From NCBI GenBank assembly GCA_963708025.1, contig CAVPSB010000013.1:384001-448000 (forward strand): a stretch of DNA of 64,000 bases, written 5' to 3'. This document shows, piece after piece, positions 40,998 through 51,867 of the stretch. This DNA is from an uncultured Candidatus Rokubacteria bacterium. Lineage in GTDB: Bacteria; Methylomirabilota; Methylomirabilia; Rokubacteriales; DASRDR01. The notes beneath the pieces were generated by a model. The model made no database searches. It had not been told where the DNA came from and saw only the letters and a program-made list of their open reading frames with translations. The position numbers and the translations under genes were made by a program. Within the stretch, counting starts at the first letter, position 1; each line of letters begins with the position of its first letter.

Positions 40998-41471
40998 TCA
41001 GTGCGCGGGGGCGACGCCGCGCCGGGCCAGCTCGCGCTCCAGGTCCAGCTCCCGGGTCGGGACCGGGCGGCCCTCGGGCACGGTCCAGAAGACCTCGAAC
41101 TCCAGCCCGTCCGGATCCTTGGCGTACAGCGACAGGCTGACGCCGTGGTCCGACTCCCCCACCAGCGCCCGCGTCTCGATCAGCCGCTGCCGCGCGCGCA
41201 CCAGGTCGGTGATCTCGCCGACCTCCCAGGCGGAATGGTACATGCGCACCACCCGCTCGTCGGGCGGCGGCGCGCCCGTCTGCTCGAACAGGCCGAGGTG
41301 GTGATCGTCGAGGCTGCCCGGGATCTTCAGGAAGGCCGCCCGCGGGTGCCGCACCGTCACCTCGAAGCCCAGCACGTCGCGGTAGAAGCGCACGCTGCGC
41401 TCGACGCTCGACACCCACAGGACCAGGTGCTGCAATCGCTTGAGGCCGATGCCGGTCGTCACAGTGGTCAT
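40998..41471 (-). CDS. VOC/glyoxalase family protein
   Basis: LQHLVLWV..VERSVRFYRDVLG, HHLGLF, SLYAKDPDGLEFEV. Confidence 0.9.
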   Translation of the reverse strand: MTTVTTGIGLKRLQHLVLWVSSVERSVRFYRDVLGFEVTVRHPRAAFLKIPGSLDDHHLGLFEQTGAPPPDERVVRMYHSAWEVGEITDLVRARQRLIETRALVGESDHGVSLSLYAKDPDGLEFEVFWTVPEGRPVPTRELDLERELARRGVAPAH

Positions 41472-41702
41472 GCGTCACTCTCCCTCGTGACCCCGACTTC
41501 GTAGTCGCGCGGGGCCCTTGCGCTCACCACACCGTCTCCCGGATCATTATAGCCGCCGGCCGGGCCCGGGACCGGCCCGACGGGGACCGGCCGGGTCGGC
41601 GCCGGGCGGACGAGCGGCCGGCCGTCGTCTCGTGTACAGTCGTACCCGAAGGCCGAACGCACCACCCCGAACGCATCACCCCCAACAGGAGGCAGGAACA
41701 AC

Positions 41703-42302
41703 ATGGCTCAGACGAAGATTCCCCTGGACGCGCAGCGGTTCGCCACCGGTCTCACCTGGAAGGACTACATGGCCCAGATGGGCGACACCCGGGCTCGCAC
41801 CGAGGACAACTACGCGAAGGCCACGCTGACCGACGAGGAGCGGAAGTTCTTCAGCGGCATCGGCCAGGTGCGGTACGCCCTGATGCTCGCCGAGAACTGG
41901 TGCGGCGACGTCCACCGCAACTCGCCGCTGCTCGCGCACATCGTCGAGGCGATGCCGGGCTGCGAGCTGCGCGTCTTCTTCCGCGATCAGAACATCGACC
42001 TGACGGACTGCTTCCTGAACAACGGCTACCGGTCCATTCCGGTCCTGGTCTTCTTCGACAAGGACTGGAACGAGATCGGGCACTGGATCGAGCGGGCGCA
42101 TCCCGCGACCGCCAAGGTCGTGGGGATCCGCTCCCGGACGCTCGACGTGGCGCCCAAGGACCAGCAGGAGGCCGCGATGGGCGAGTACCGGAAGCAGGTC
42201 CAGGCCGAGTACGACGTGCCCGGCGGCCCGCTCTGGCGGGCGGCCGCCCAGGAGGTCCGCACCCTGCTGGAGACCCGGCTCGGGCTGGCGGCCAAGAAGT
42301 AG
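41703..42302 (+). CDS. Thioredoxin-like protein (Thioredoxin_9 type)
   Basis: AENWCGD, RSIPVLVFFD, WIER. Confidence 0.85.
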   Translation: MAQTKIPLDAQRFATGLTWKDYMAQMGDTRARTEDNYAKATLTDEERKFFSGIGQVRYALMLAENWCGDVHRNSPLLAHIVEAMPGCELRVFFRDQNIDLTDCFLNNGYRSIPVLVFFDKDWNEIGHWIERAHPATAKVVGIRSRTLDVAPKDQQEAAMGEYRKQVQAEYDVPGGPLWRAAAQEVRTLLETRLGLAAKK

Positions 42303-42322
42303 CCGCGCGGCGGTGCGACCGG

Positions 42323-43138
42323 ATGAACCTGCTGCGCCCGCTCGATCGCGAGCTGGTGGTCAACGGGTTGCGGCTCCAGGTCCTCGACTGGGGCGGCGAC
42401 GGTCGCACCGCCCTCCTGCTGTTGCACGGATTCACGGGGCACGCGCACGCCTGGGACACGCTCAGCATCGCGCTCCAGCCCCACTTCCACGTCTACGCCC
42501 TCGACCAGCGCGGTCACGGTGACAGCGATCCCGCCGACACCTACGACGCCGTCGCGGCCTTCGACGACCTCGCCGGGGTCATCGACCAGCTCGGGCTCAC
42601 CTCGCTGGTCCTGGTCGGCCTCTCGATGGGGGGCCGGAACGCGATGTACTTCACCGCCAAGCGGCCCGACCTCGTCCGGAAGCTGGTCGTCGTCAACATC
42701 GGGCCGGAGATCAGCCGGCGGGCGATGGAGGCACCGGCCGGGCCTCCGGAGCCCGACTCCTGGGACAGCATCGAGCAGGCCGCCCAGCACCTGCATCGCG
42801 CGAACCCTTATCCCGGCATTCACTACTACCGCTGGGTTGTGTCGCACAGCCTGCGAGCGCGTCCCGACGGGTCGCTCCGGTGGGCCTGGCATCCCAGCAT
42901 CAAGCAGCGCCGGTCGCAGGCGGACGTCAACTGGTGGGCGGTGGTGAGGTCGATCGAGCCGCCGACCCTGGTGCTGCGGGGCGAGGAGAGCCACGTCCTG
43001 GACCGGGACGTCGCCGAGCGGATGGCGCGGGAGCTGCCCCATGGCCGGCTCGTCGAGGTCCCGCGGGCCGTCCATACCCTGCACGAGGACAACCCCGGCG
43101 CGGTCCTGGCCGCGCTTAAGGACTTCCTGGGCTTCTGA
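42323..43138 (+). CDS. Alpha/beta hydrolase
   Basis: LLHGF, DQRGHGDS, GLSMGG, H.LHEDNP. Confidence 0.92.
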   Translation: MNLLRPLDRELVVNGLRLQVLDWGGDGRTALLLLHGFTGHAHAWDTLSIALQPHFHVYALDQRGHGDSDPADTYDAVAAFDDLAGVIDQLGLTSLVLVGLSMGGRNAMYFTAKRPDLVRKLVVVNIGPEISRRAMEAPAGPPEPDSWDSIEQAAQHLHRANPYPGIHYYRWVVSHSLRARPDGSLRWAWHPSIKQRRSQADVNWWAVVRSIEPPTLVLRGEESHVLDRDVAERMARELPHGRLVEVPRAVHTLHEDNPGAVLAALKDFLGF

Positions 43139-43188
43139 CGAGCGGCCCGTGCCGTCCCGCCGACGGCGGGCGGAAAGGAGACGACGAG

Positions 43189-43860
43189 ATGGGAGAGATG
43201 CTGACGCTGACCGCCGAGGACGGGCACCGGCTGGGGGCCTACCGGGCGGCGCCCGCGGGCACCGCGCGCGGCGGCCTGGTGGTGGTGCAGGAGATCTTCG
43301 GCGTGAACTCGCACATCAAGCGGACCTGCGACGGCTTCGCCGCGGATGGCTACGTGGCCCTGGCCCCGGCGCTCTTCGACCGCGTGGAGCGCGACTACGC
43401 GACGGGCTACAGCCCGGCCGACATCGAGGCGGGGCGCGCGGTGCGGGGGAAGCTGTCGATGGACGACGCCATCGCCGACGTGCGAGCGGCCGTGCGCGAG
43501 CTGGCCCGGTCCGGGTCGAAGGTGGGCGTCGTCGGCTACTGCTACGGCGGAACGATGGCGTGGCTGGCCGGCACGCGGATCGACGGGGTGGCGGCGGCGG
43601 TCGGCTACTACGGCGGCGGCATCGCCGACACCGCCCAGGAGACCCCGCGCTGTCCCGTCATGCTCCACTTCGGCGAGACCGACGCCTCGATCCCCAAGGA
43701 GCACTGGGAGCGGATCCGCGCGCACCAGCCGAGCCTTCCGCTGCACGTCTACCCCGCCGGCCACGGCTTCAACTGCGACGAGCGCGGCAGCTACGACGCG
43801 GCCAGCGCGCGCCAGGCGCGCGAGCGGACCCTCGCGTTCCTGCGCCAGCACGTGGGGTAG
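43189..43860 (+). CDS. Dienelactone hydrolase family protein
   Basis: QEIFGVN, GYCYGG, HFGETD, AGHGFNCD. Confidence 0.95.
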   Translation: MGEMLTLTAEDGHRLGAYRAAPAGTARGGLVVVQEIFGVNSHIKRTCDGFAADGYVALAPALFDRVERDYATGYSPADIEAGRAVRGKLSMDDAIADVRAAVRELARSGSKVGVVGYCYGGTMAWLAGTRIDGVAAAVGYYGGGIADTAQETPRCPVMLHFGETDASIPKEHWERIRAHQPSLPLHVYPAGHGFNCDERGSYDAASARQARERTLAFLRQHVG

Positions 43861-44004
43861 CCCGATCCGGGGGTCCTCGAGGGGCGCGAACCCGGCCGGG
43901 CGCCCGGCCGGGCGCCCCTTGACAGTGGCGGCGCCTCGCCTCACACTCGCCTCACCGTCCCCAACCGGGCCGTTCGGCCCCTCGTGATCCAAAGAGGAGG
44001 AGCC

Positions 44005-45291
44005 ATGCGAGCCATCACGCGGCGACACTTCCTGACCACCTCCACGGGTCTGGCGGGCATCCTCGCCACGGGGATTCCGCCGGCCCGCGGGCAGCAGCGG
44101 GAGATCTCCTACCTCTGCTGGAACAACTTCGCCCCGGCGCTCGGACAAGAAGCAGAACGAGATCGGCCAGCGCTTCACGAAGGACACCGGGATCAAGATC
44201 CGGATCGACTACATCTCCCACTGGGGCCGCAGCAGCCGGCCAAGTACGCGGCCGAGGTCCAGACCCAGGCCGGGCACGACCTGGTCGAGATGCGCATGCA
44301 CTTCCCGTGGCTCTACGAGCCCCAGCTCGCGGACGTCTCCGACATGGTGGCCGAGCTCGAGAAGAAGTACGGCAAGGCGCTCTCCTCCGGCTACGAGTCG
44401 GCCCACGTCAAGGGCGTCTGGCGCGCGGTCCCCATGTACCACGGGCTACTTCGTCGCCGACCTACCGCGAGGACCTCTTCAAGAAGGCCGGGCTCAAGGT
44501 CCCCGACACCTGGGAGGACCTCTACACGGTCGGCAAGGAGCTGAAGAAGATGGGGAATCCGGTGGGGATCCCCATCAGCCCAGAACTACGACTCGATCTC
44601 GACCGCCGGCCCGGTCCTGTGGAGCTTCGGCGGCATGGAGGTGGACAAGGACGGCAAGACGGTCCGGATCAACTCGCCGCAGGCTGCCGAGACGATCGAG
44701 TGGTACAAGAAGGTGTACCGGGACTGCATGGAGCCCGAGGTGCTGTCCTGGACCGACTCCAGCAACAACGAGTCGATGCAGCAGGGCAAGGCGGGCTGGA
44801 TCCACAACCCGGTCAGCACCTACATCGTGGCCAAGCAGCGAGAAGCTGCCCGACCGCCGACGCTGATCAACCACCACCGGAGCCTGGCCGGGCCCAGCGG
44901 CCGCCACGAGACCGACGTGCCGCGCAACATCGGCATCTGGAAGTTCTCGAAGAACGTCGAGCCGGCCAAGGAGTGGATCCGCTACCTGTCTGGGCACGCG
45001 AGAGATCTACGACGAGTGGATCATGTCGGCCGACGCGTTCAACCTCCCCGGCTACGAGAAGCTCCAGGACCACCCGGTGCTGAAGACCGACCCGAAGTAC
45101 GCCGGCGCTCAGCGCGCCCGGCGTCCAGTACCACCTCTACGGCTGGCCGGCGCCGCCGCACCGACAAGGTCCAGCGCATCACCAACGAGTTCATCCTGCC
45201 CAACATGATCGCCAAGGCGGTGACCGGCACGTCCGACCAAGGACGCCGTCGCGTGGGCCGAGAAGGAAATGAAGCGCATCGTCGCGGGTAG
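44005..45291 (+). CDS. Carbohydrate ABC substrate-binding protein, Tat signal (multiple frameshifts)
   Basis: ITRRHFL signal; YREDLFKKAGLKVPDTWEDL, SWTDSSNN and WIHNP segments in different frames. Confidence 0.75.
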
Positions 45292-45295
45292 ACCG

Positions 45296-46241
45296 GTGGC
45301 CGTCGGTCGCACCCGCGTCGCCGTTGCCGTCCGCCCGCGCGGGTCCTCCGCGTCCGGGTCCGGGAGCTGCTCGACCGCGAGCGGTTCCTGGGCCCGGCTC
45401 TTCGTCACCCCGGCCCTGCTCCTGCTCGTCCTGCTGGTCGCCTACCCCTTCTGCATGGCCCTGTACTTCGCGCTCTCCAACGCGTTCATCGGCCGGCCCA
45501 GCCAGTTCGTCGGGATCCGCAACTTCGTCGCGTTGTGGGACAGCGACGCCTTCCGCCAGACCTTCCAGAACGCCTTCGTCTTCACCGGGGCCGCGGTCGG
45601 GCTCAAGGTGGTCCTGGGCATGGCGCTGGCCCTGCTCCTCCACCAGCAGCTCTGGTTCAAGCGCCTGATCCGGGGCGCGGTCCTCCTGCCCTGGGTCATC
45701 CCGACCGCGCTCTCCACGCTGGGCTGGTGGTGGATGTTCAACTCGCTCTACAGCGTCGTCAACTGGACCGGCATCGCGCTGGGGCTCACTGGACCCGCCC
45801 GGGCCCAACTGGCTCGGCCAGAAGTACTACGCGATGTCGGCGGTCGTCGCCGTCAACGTGTGGCGCGGGCTCCCGTTCTTCGCCATCACGATCCTCGCCG
45901 GGCTGGTGTCGATCCCGCGCGAGCTCTACGAGGCGGCGGAGTCCGATGGCGCCGGGCCCGTCGCCCGCTTCTGGTACGTCACGCTGCCGCTCCTCAGGCC
46001 GGTGCTCGCCATCGTCGTGCTCTTCTCGACGATCTTCACGTTCAGCGACTTCAACATCGTCTACGTGCTCACGCACGGCGGACCCATCAACTCCACGCAC
46101 CTCTTCGCCACGCTCTCGCGCCAGATCGGGCTCGAGAGCGGGCGCATCGGCGAGGGGGCGGCGATCTCGCTCTACCTCTTCCCGGTCCTGGCGTTCGTGG
46201 TCTACGCCCAGCTCAAATTCGTCCGGAAGGAGACCCAATGA
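45296..46241 (+). CDS. Carbohydrate ABC permease (frameshifted)
   Basis: LLPWVIP, WRGLPFF, ELYEAAESDGA (EAA loop). Confidence 0.85.
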
Positions 46242-46261
46242 GAGCGCATCGAGGCATGGGT

Positions 46262-46299
46262 CCTCCGGCTGAGGGGGGCAGGAGGGAGGTCCCGAACTG
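46262..46299. repeat. Partial inverted family B repeat end
   Basis: ggggggcaggagggaggtcccgaactg is the reverse complement of the 3519-3545 end. Confidence 0.7.
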
Positions 46300-47145
46300 A
46301 TGCGGCGGCCGTCCCGGCGGCTCACCTGGAAGATCGCGACGCACGTGATGCTGGCGCCGTTCCTCGTCTTCGCCCTGTTCCCCTTCTACCACATGACGCT
46401 CACCTCGCTGAAGACGGATCGCGAGCTGTACGACCGGCAGTCGGTGCCGCTCCTGATCCGCCAGGGCGTCACGCTCGAGCACTACACGACGCTCCTCTGG
46501 GATACCGCCTTCGTCACCTGGACCAAGAACAGCCTGCTCGTCACCGTGCTGGCGACGGCGGTCTCGCTGGTCATCGGCACCGTCGCGGCCTACGCGCTGG
46601 CCCGGCTCCGGTTCTTCGCCGTGGAGGGCTTCGGGACCGGCATCTTCGTGACCTACCTGGTGCCGACCTCGCTCCTGTTCCTCCCGCTGGCCCAGGTGGT
46701 GCACTGGCTCGGGCTCGGCGACTCGAAGTGGGCGCTGGTCGTGACCTACCCGACCTTCCTGGTGCCGTTCTGCACCTGGCTGCTGATGGGCTACTTCCGG
46801 ACGGTGCCGAAGGAGGTCGAGGAGTGCGCGATGGTGGACGGGGCGACGCGGATCCAGGCCCTGACGCGCATCGTGCTGCCCATCGCGGTGCCCGGGCTCG
46901 TCTGCGCGGCCCTGTTCGCGTTCACGCTCTCCTGGAACGAGTTCATCTACGCGCTCACGTTCACCTCGTCGTCGGACCAGATCACCGCCAGCGTCGGCGT
47001 CACCAGTGAGCTGATCCGGGGGGACATCTACTTCTGGGGCCCGCTGATGGCGGGCGCCATCCTCGGCTCGGTGCCCATCGTGGTGCTCTACGTCTTCTTC
47101 CTCGACTACTACGTCTCCGGCCTCACCTCCGGCGCCCTGAAGTAG
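46300..47145 (+). CDS. Carbohydrate ABC permease
   Basis: PKEVEECAMVDGA, SWNEF, WGPLMAG. Confidence 0.93.
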   Translation: MRRPSRRLTWKIATHVMLAPFLVFALFPFYHMTLTSLKTDRELYDRQSVPLLIRQGVTLEHYTTLLWDTAFVTWTKNSLLVTVLATAVSLVIGTVAAYALARLRFFAVEGFGTGIFVTYLVPTSLLFLPLAQVVHWLGLGDSKWALVVTYPTFLVPFCTWLLMGYFRTVPKEVEECAMVDGATRIQALTRIVLPIAVPGLVCAALFAFTLSWNEFIYALTFTSSSDQITASVGVTSELIRGDIYFWGPLMAGAILGSVPIVVLYVFFLDYYVSGLTSGALK

Positions 47146-47213
47146 TCCTCCCGTCGCGCTCGAGCGCGAGTCACCGACATGCGAGAGGTCCTGGCCGGTT
47201 TCCTGAGGGCGCG

Positions 47214-48212
47214 ATGACGTCGACCGGACCCGTGCTCCGCCTGGCGTTGATCCTCGTGCTGAGCCCGGGCCTGGCGGGCCTGGCGGCCCCGGCGGCGGAG
47301 ACGGCCGCCCAGGTGCGATTCCTCGCCCCTCAGGTGAACCCACCGGCGGACTTGCCGCGCGATGCCCGACTTGCCGGCACCGTATCCCCTCCGGCCGGGA
47401 CCGACGCCTCGAGCGGCGTCGTGTTCCGCACCGTTCCCGACGTGAGCGACCACGGTCCTCCGTCCCGGGTCGTCGGCGGGCGCATCGAGACGCTCGGCGT
47501 CAGCTGGTGGGATCGGACGCTCTTCACGGCGGAGTCCGCGGTCGAGGCCTATCTGCAGCGCCTCTTCGCCTCGTCGAGCGGCTCGACCACCGTGTTCGTT
47601 CCATGGGCGCAGCTGCTCCCGACGCCAAGCGTGGCCGCCACCGCCGGGGAGACGGGCGGCCGGGCCGGCCGGCTGCTCCTCTGGTACGCGTGGCCGTCGG
47701 TGTACCTCGCGTACCAGGACGGCGACGCGAAGTGGTGGTTTGGCCACTGGCTGGAGCGGGAGGACGTTCGCCTCGCCGGGCCGATCCTGGCGCAGGCCGG
47801 CGCCGGCACCGTCACGGTCGGGGGCCTCCAGGACGGTCAGCCGGTCGTGTTCCGCCCCGACGCAGAGGCACGGATCGCCTCGCTGGCCCTGGGGATTCTA
47901 AACTCCGCCAGCTACGAGGCCCCTCCGGCCATCGCGACCGAGCGGCGCTGGACCGAGACCCGCCAGGCATCACACCTTCACCTGAGCTTCACGCCCGCTC
48001 GGACCGTCACCTTCCGGTTCAGCACGACCGGGCCGACGGCCGAGCGGCCGGTCGAGGTGGCCGAGATGCTGATCGCGATCTCGAAGGACCAGTGGCCGGA
48101 CTACATCCTGGTTCGCGAGCGGGGCCAGGTCCGCGCGTTCGCGAAGTATCATCCGAGCCAGGCGCAGGCGTTGCGGGACGCGCTGAGCGCGGGTGGTCAG
48201 CCCAGCCGGTAG
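47214..48212 (+). CDS. Hypothetical secreted protein
   Basis: 332-aa ORF with an N-terminal signal peptide; no family recognised. Confidence 0.6.
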   Translation: MTSTGPVLRLALILVLSPGLAGLAAPAAETAAQVRFLAPQVNPPADLPRDARLAGTVSPPAGTDASSGVVFRTVPDVSDHGPPSRVVGGRIETLGVSWWDRTLFTAESAVEAYLQRLFASSSGSTTVFVPWAQLLPTPSVAATAGETGGRAGRLLLWYAWPSVYLAYQDGDAKWWFGHWLEREDVRLAGPILAQAGAGTVTVGGLQDGQPVVFRPDAEARIASLALGILNSASYEAPPAIATERRWTETRQASHLHLSFTPARTVTFRFSTTGPTAERPVEVAEMLIAISKDQWPDYILVRERGQVRAFAKYHPSQAQALRDALSAGGQPSR

Positions 48213-49220
48213 AGCCGGAGGGCGTTGTCGGCGAGGATCTTCCGCTTCTGGCCGTCCGTCAGGTCGCCCCGCTCCCGGATCTCGTCGATGGACCCCGGGA
48301 AGGAGTGATCCCAGTGGGGGAAGTCGGACGCGTAGATGATCTGATTCTCCCCGACCAGCTTGACCGCCTGCGGGAGCAGCCACTCGTCGGCCTCGCAGGA
48401 GAAGTAGATGTTGCCAGCCCGGACGTAGTCGCTCGGCCGCTTCTTCAGGACGGGCGCCTCGGCTCTCGCCGCGCTTGGCGTACTCGTCGTCCATCCGCTC
48501 CATCCAGTAGGGCGCCCAGCCGGCCCCCGCTTCCAGGAAGGCCAGCCGCAGTCGGGGGAACCGCTCCGGGATGCCCTCGAAGACGATCGAGGTCAGCTGG
48601 CGCATCTGCCCGAACGGGTGCGAGGTCGTGTGGGCCTGGATGAACCGGGGGAAGAGGTCCACCCCGGCGCCGCCGAGGTGCGATCCGGACGCGTGGACCC
48701 CGAGCATCGTGTCCAGGCGCTGGGCCTCCTCGTAGATGGGGAAGAACCGGGCATCCCCCAGCACGTGGGACCCGTCGGCCGCCAGCATCCCGCCCACGAG
48801 CCCCAGCTCCCGCACCCCGCGGCGAAGCTCGAGGGCGGCCGCCTCGGGGTCCTGGATCGGGAGCAGCGCCACCGCACGGAGCCGGGGGCTGACCCGGACG
48901 AACTCCTCGGACAGGAAGGTGTTGTACGCGCGGCAGAGGGCGACGGCCCACTCCCGGTCCTTGAGGAAGCTCACGAAGAGCCCGAGCGTCGGGTAGAGGA
49001 TCGTCGACTCCATGCCGCCACGGTCGAGGGCCTCGAGCCAGGCGGAGGCATCCCCGGCCCAGTCGCCGAGACGGCCCAGGAGACGGCGGTCCCAGCCGTC
49101 GGCGGGGTACCAGGCGAACGTGAGCGGACGCCGCCGGTAGGGCTCGTCCAGGTACTTCGCCACCTGCTCGGTCGTCTCCGTGACGTGGCCGTCGCCGTCG
49201 ATCACCCGATACGTCGTCAT
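48197..49220 (-). CDS. Amidohydrolase_2 family protein (frameshift near 48465)
   Basis: VIDGDGHV, YPTLGL, LEAGAGW, YASDFPHWD. Confidence 0.88.
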
Positions 49221-49954
49221 GCTCCACCCCCCCCGGCGCCCACGAACGCCTCCAGCATCCCGTCGGCGCAGATCCGCCGCGCGGTGATGGCCCGGCGCAG
49301 GGCCAGCCGGCCGCGCGCCTGCTCCTCGTCGGTGACGGCGAGCTTCGAGATGATGCGCACGGCGCGCTCGGCGTGGTCGGCCTCCACCTCCATGTGCACG
49401 TAGTAGAACTCGAGCGCGTCGCGGGCCACCCCGTAGTGGCGCTCCATCGCCTCGGCCATCCGCTGCATGTGGATCGGGTTGATCGACTCGGTCGCGATGT
49501 TGCCGCCGCAGAGCGCCTCCAGCGTGGACGAGCGCTGGAGGAGGAACAGCTCGTTCTTCTCGATGATGGTGGTCGGGAGGTAGTCGGTCCGGAAGACCGC
49601 GTCCCGCGAGATCCCGAGGCCCTCGCACAGCCGGAGGTAGAGGAACGCGTGGGCGGTGGTCTTGCCGCCGACCGTGTCCTCGCCCCCCTCCTCGACGACG
49701 AGCGGGATGAGGGCGCGCTGGCGCTCGAGGTCCTCGAAGGTCGGCGTGTAGCCGCCGACGGAGATGATCTTCCACGCCGCGTGCCGGAGCGTGTCGAGGA
49801 AGAAGCACCCCTGCTGTCGGAGCACGTCCTGGAGCTGGCCCCGGCCGAGCCGTCCGTCGTAGATCAGGTGGAACAGCGGGTGGTGGAGCCAGGGGTGCGT
49901 CGCCCTGGCCTCCTCGAGCAGCGCGGCGGTGAACGCGGCCGGTGACAGCGCCAT
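49217..49954 (-). CDS. Heme-oxygenase-like iron-containing redox enzyme (PqqC/CADD/TenA superfamily)
   Basis: HHPLF, VEEGGE...AH..LY, ATES, YYVHMEVEADH. Confidence 0.8.
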   Translation of the reverse strand: MALSPAAFTAALLEEARATHPWLHHPLFHLIYDGRLGRGQLQDVLRQQGCFFLDTLRHAAWKIISVGGYTPTFEDLERQRALIPLVVEEGGEDTVGGKTTAHAFLYLRLCEGLGISRDAVFRTDYLPTTIIEKNELFLLQRSSTLEALCGGNIATESINPIHMQRMAEAMERHYGVARDALEFYYVHMEVEADHAERAVRIISKLAVTDEEQARGRLALRRAITARRICADGMLEAFVGAGGGGA

Positions 49955-49968
49955 CGGGTTCCTCCTTT

Positions 49969-50033
49969 CGGGACCTCCCGCCTACCCCCCCAACCCCCCT
50001 CCCCCACCCACCGGGGGGGAGGGGGGAGCCGGA
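49969..50033. repeat. Family B repeat
   Basis: cgggacctcccgcctaccccccaaccccctcccccacccaccggggggaggggggagccgga. Confidence 0.85.
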
Positions 50034-50062
50034 GAACAGGAGCCCCACTCCTTCACACGCCC

Positions 50063-51751
50063 TCAGGCGACCGGGCGCAGCACGCGACCGGGCGGCGGGC
50101 CCTCGGGCGTCGCCGGGATTCGGCCCTCGCTGATCACGGCCCGGCCGTTGACGAACGACCAGGCGATGCCGCTGGCCCGCTGGACCAGCCGCGGCCCGCC
50201 GTCGGGGAGGTCGTGGACCAGCTCGGGCGGATGATCGGTGATGGTGGCGGGGTCGAAGACGACGATGTCGGCCGCCAGCCCAGGCGCGAGCCGCCCCCGG
50301 TCGGCGAGCCCGAAGAGGTCGGCGGGCATCGACGTGATCCGCCGGACGGCCTCCTCCAGCGACAGGGCCCGGCGCTCCCGCACCCAGTGGCCCAGGAAGC
50401 GGCTCGTCTGGCCGGCCTCGCAGAAGAGCGTGAGGTGAGCCCCGGCGTCGGACAGGCCGAGGAGCGTGAGCGGGTGGGAGAAGATCTCGGCGACGGCAGC
50501 CGCATCGGTGTTGACGGTCGCGACCGTGAACCGGGTCTTCAGGTCGTCGTCGAGCGCCAGGTCGAAGAACGCGTCAACGACGTCCTTCCCCATCGCCCGG
50601 GCGACCGCCGCCACCGTCTGGCCCTCGAAGTGTCCGAAGGCCGGCGAGCGGACCGCGTGGACGCGCAGCGGCGCCGCGTCCCCGGTGAAGAGCGCCGACC
50701 GCCCAACGGTCGAGCGGAACTCCTCGCGGAAGCCGGGGTCCCGGAAGAGCTGCCGCCAGCCGCTGGTCGGCGTCTCCATCACGCGCCGCCACACGGGGAA
50801 GCGGTAGAAGACGAACGGCCCCGTGAGGTCGAAGGTGGCGGTCAGGGGCGAGCAGGTGCCCTGGGGATGGACGCGAAGCCCTTCCCGGTGGAGCGCCTCG
50901 ACGCGGGCCAGGACCTGGCGGTGCTCGTCGGGGGCGAGCGGGTTGTGGCGGATCGAGACGAGCGTGACCGGCCGCCCGCTCGCCCGGGCCAGCTCGGCGA
51001 AGCGGTCGATCTCGGCGACGCGATCGACGCGGCTGCCGCCGATCGTCAGCTCGAGGATGCCGCGACCCGTCTCGCCCATCGCGGCGACCAGCTCCGTGAG
51101 CTCGCGCTCGTCGGCGAGCCGGCTCGGCACCGGCCGGCCCCGGTCGCCGACGTGGTTCGTGTTCGCCGAGGACGACAGCCCGACGGCACCGGCGGCCATC
51201 GCCGTCCGGACGAGCCCGACCATCCGCCCCCGCTCGTCCTCGGACGCCGCGCGCTCCCAGGCCGCGTCGCCCATCACGTACTGCCGGATCGCCGAGTGGC
51301 CGACGAACGCGCCGACGTTCACCCACAGCCCGCCGCGCTCGAGCGCGTCGAGGTACTCGCCGAAGTGCTCGAAGTCCCAGCGGATGCCCTTCCGCATCGC
51401 CTCCAGCGACATGGCCTCGACGTACTGGAGCATGCGCATCATGGTCTCGCGGTCGCCGGGCCGGCAGGGCGCGATGGTGAAGCCGCAGTTGCCGGTCACC
51501 ACCGTGGTGACGCCGTGCCAGGAGGAGCAGGACGCCAGCGGGTCCCACATGAGCTGGGCGTCGTAGTGGGTGTGGGGGTCGACGAACCCGGGGGCCACCG
51601 CCAGCCCGGCGGCGTCGATCTCCCGCTGCCCGCGGGCGTTCACGACGCCCACCTCGGCGATCCGGCCGTCGGCGACGGCGAGGTCGCCGGGACGAGCGGG
51701 CGCGCCGGTTCCGTCAACGACGAGGCCGCCGCGGATCACGAGGTCGTGCAT
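50063..51751 (-). CDS. N-acyl-D-amino-acid deacylase family amidohydrolase
   Basis: DLVIRGGLVVDGTG, PGFVDPHTHYD, GNCGF, SDAGAH, DRGRLAPGLAADIVVFD. Confidence 0.93.
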   Translation of the reverse strand: MHDLVIRGGLVVDGTGAPARPGDLAVADGRIAEVGVVNARGQREIDAAGLAVAPGFVDPHTHYDAQLMWDPLASCSSWHGVTTVVTGNCGFTIAPCRPGDRETMMRMLQYVEAMSLEAMRKGIRWDFEHFGEYLDALERGGLWVNVGAFVGHSAIRQYVMGDAAWERAASEDERGRMVGLVRTAMAAGAVGLSSSANTNHVGDRGRPVPSRLADERELTELVAAMGETGRGILELTIGGSRVDRVAEIDRFAELARASGRPVTLVSIRHNPLAPDEHRQVLARVEALHREGLRVHPQGTCSPLTATFDLTGPFVFYRFPVWRRVMETPTSGWRQLFRDPGFREEFRSTVGRSALFTGDAAPLRVHAVRSPAFGHFEGQTVAAVARAMGKDVVDAFFDLALDDDLKTRFTVATVNTDAAAVAEIFSHPLTLLGLSDAGAHLTLFCEAGQTSRFLGHWVRERRALSLEEAVRRITSMPADLFGLADRGRLAPGLAADIVVFDPATITDHPPELVHDLPDGGPRLVQRASGIAWSFVNGRAVISEGRIPATPEGPPPGRVLRPVA

Positions 51752-51774
51752 GCTGGTCCTCCTTTGGGATTGTT

Positions 51775-51838
51775 CGGGTCCTCCCGCCCACCCCCCAGCC
51801 CCCCTCCCCCACCCACCGGGGGGGAGGGGGGCGCAGGA
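51775..51838. repeat. Family B repeat
   Basis: cgggtcctcccgccaccccccagccccctcccccacccaccggggggaggggg. Confidence 0.8.
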
Positions 51839-51867
51839 AGGACTGGACCCGCTCCCAACTCATGCGC

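Noticed and set aside
44005-46241. Heavily fragmented sugar ABC genes
   Set aside because: Dense indels with conserved protein motifs in each frame indicate a low-quality assembly stretch
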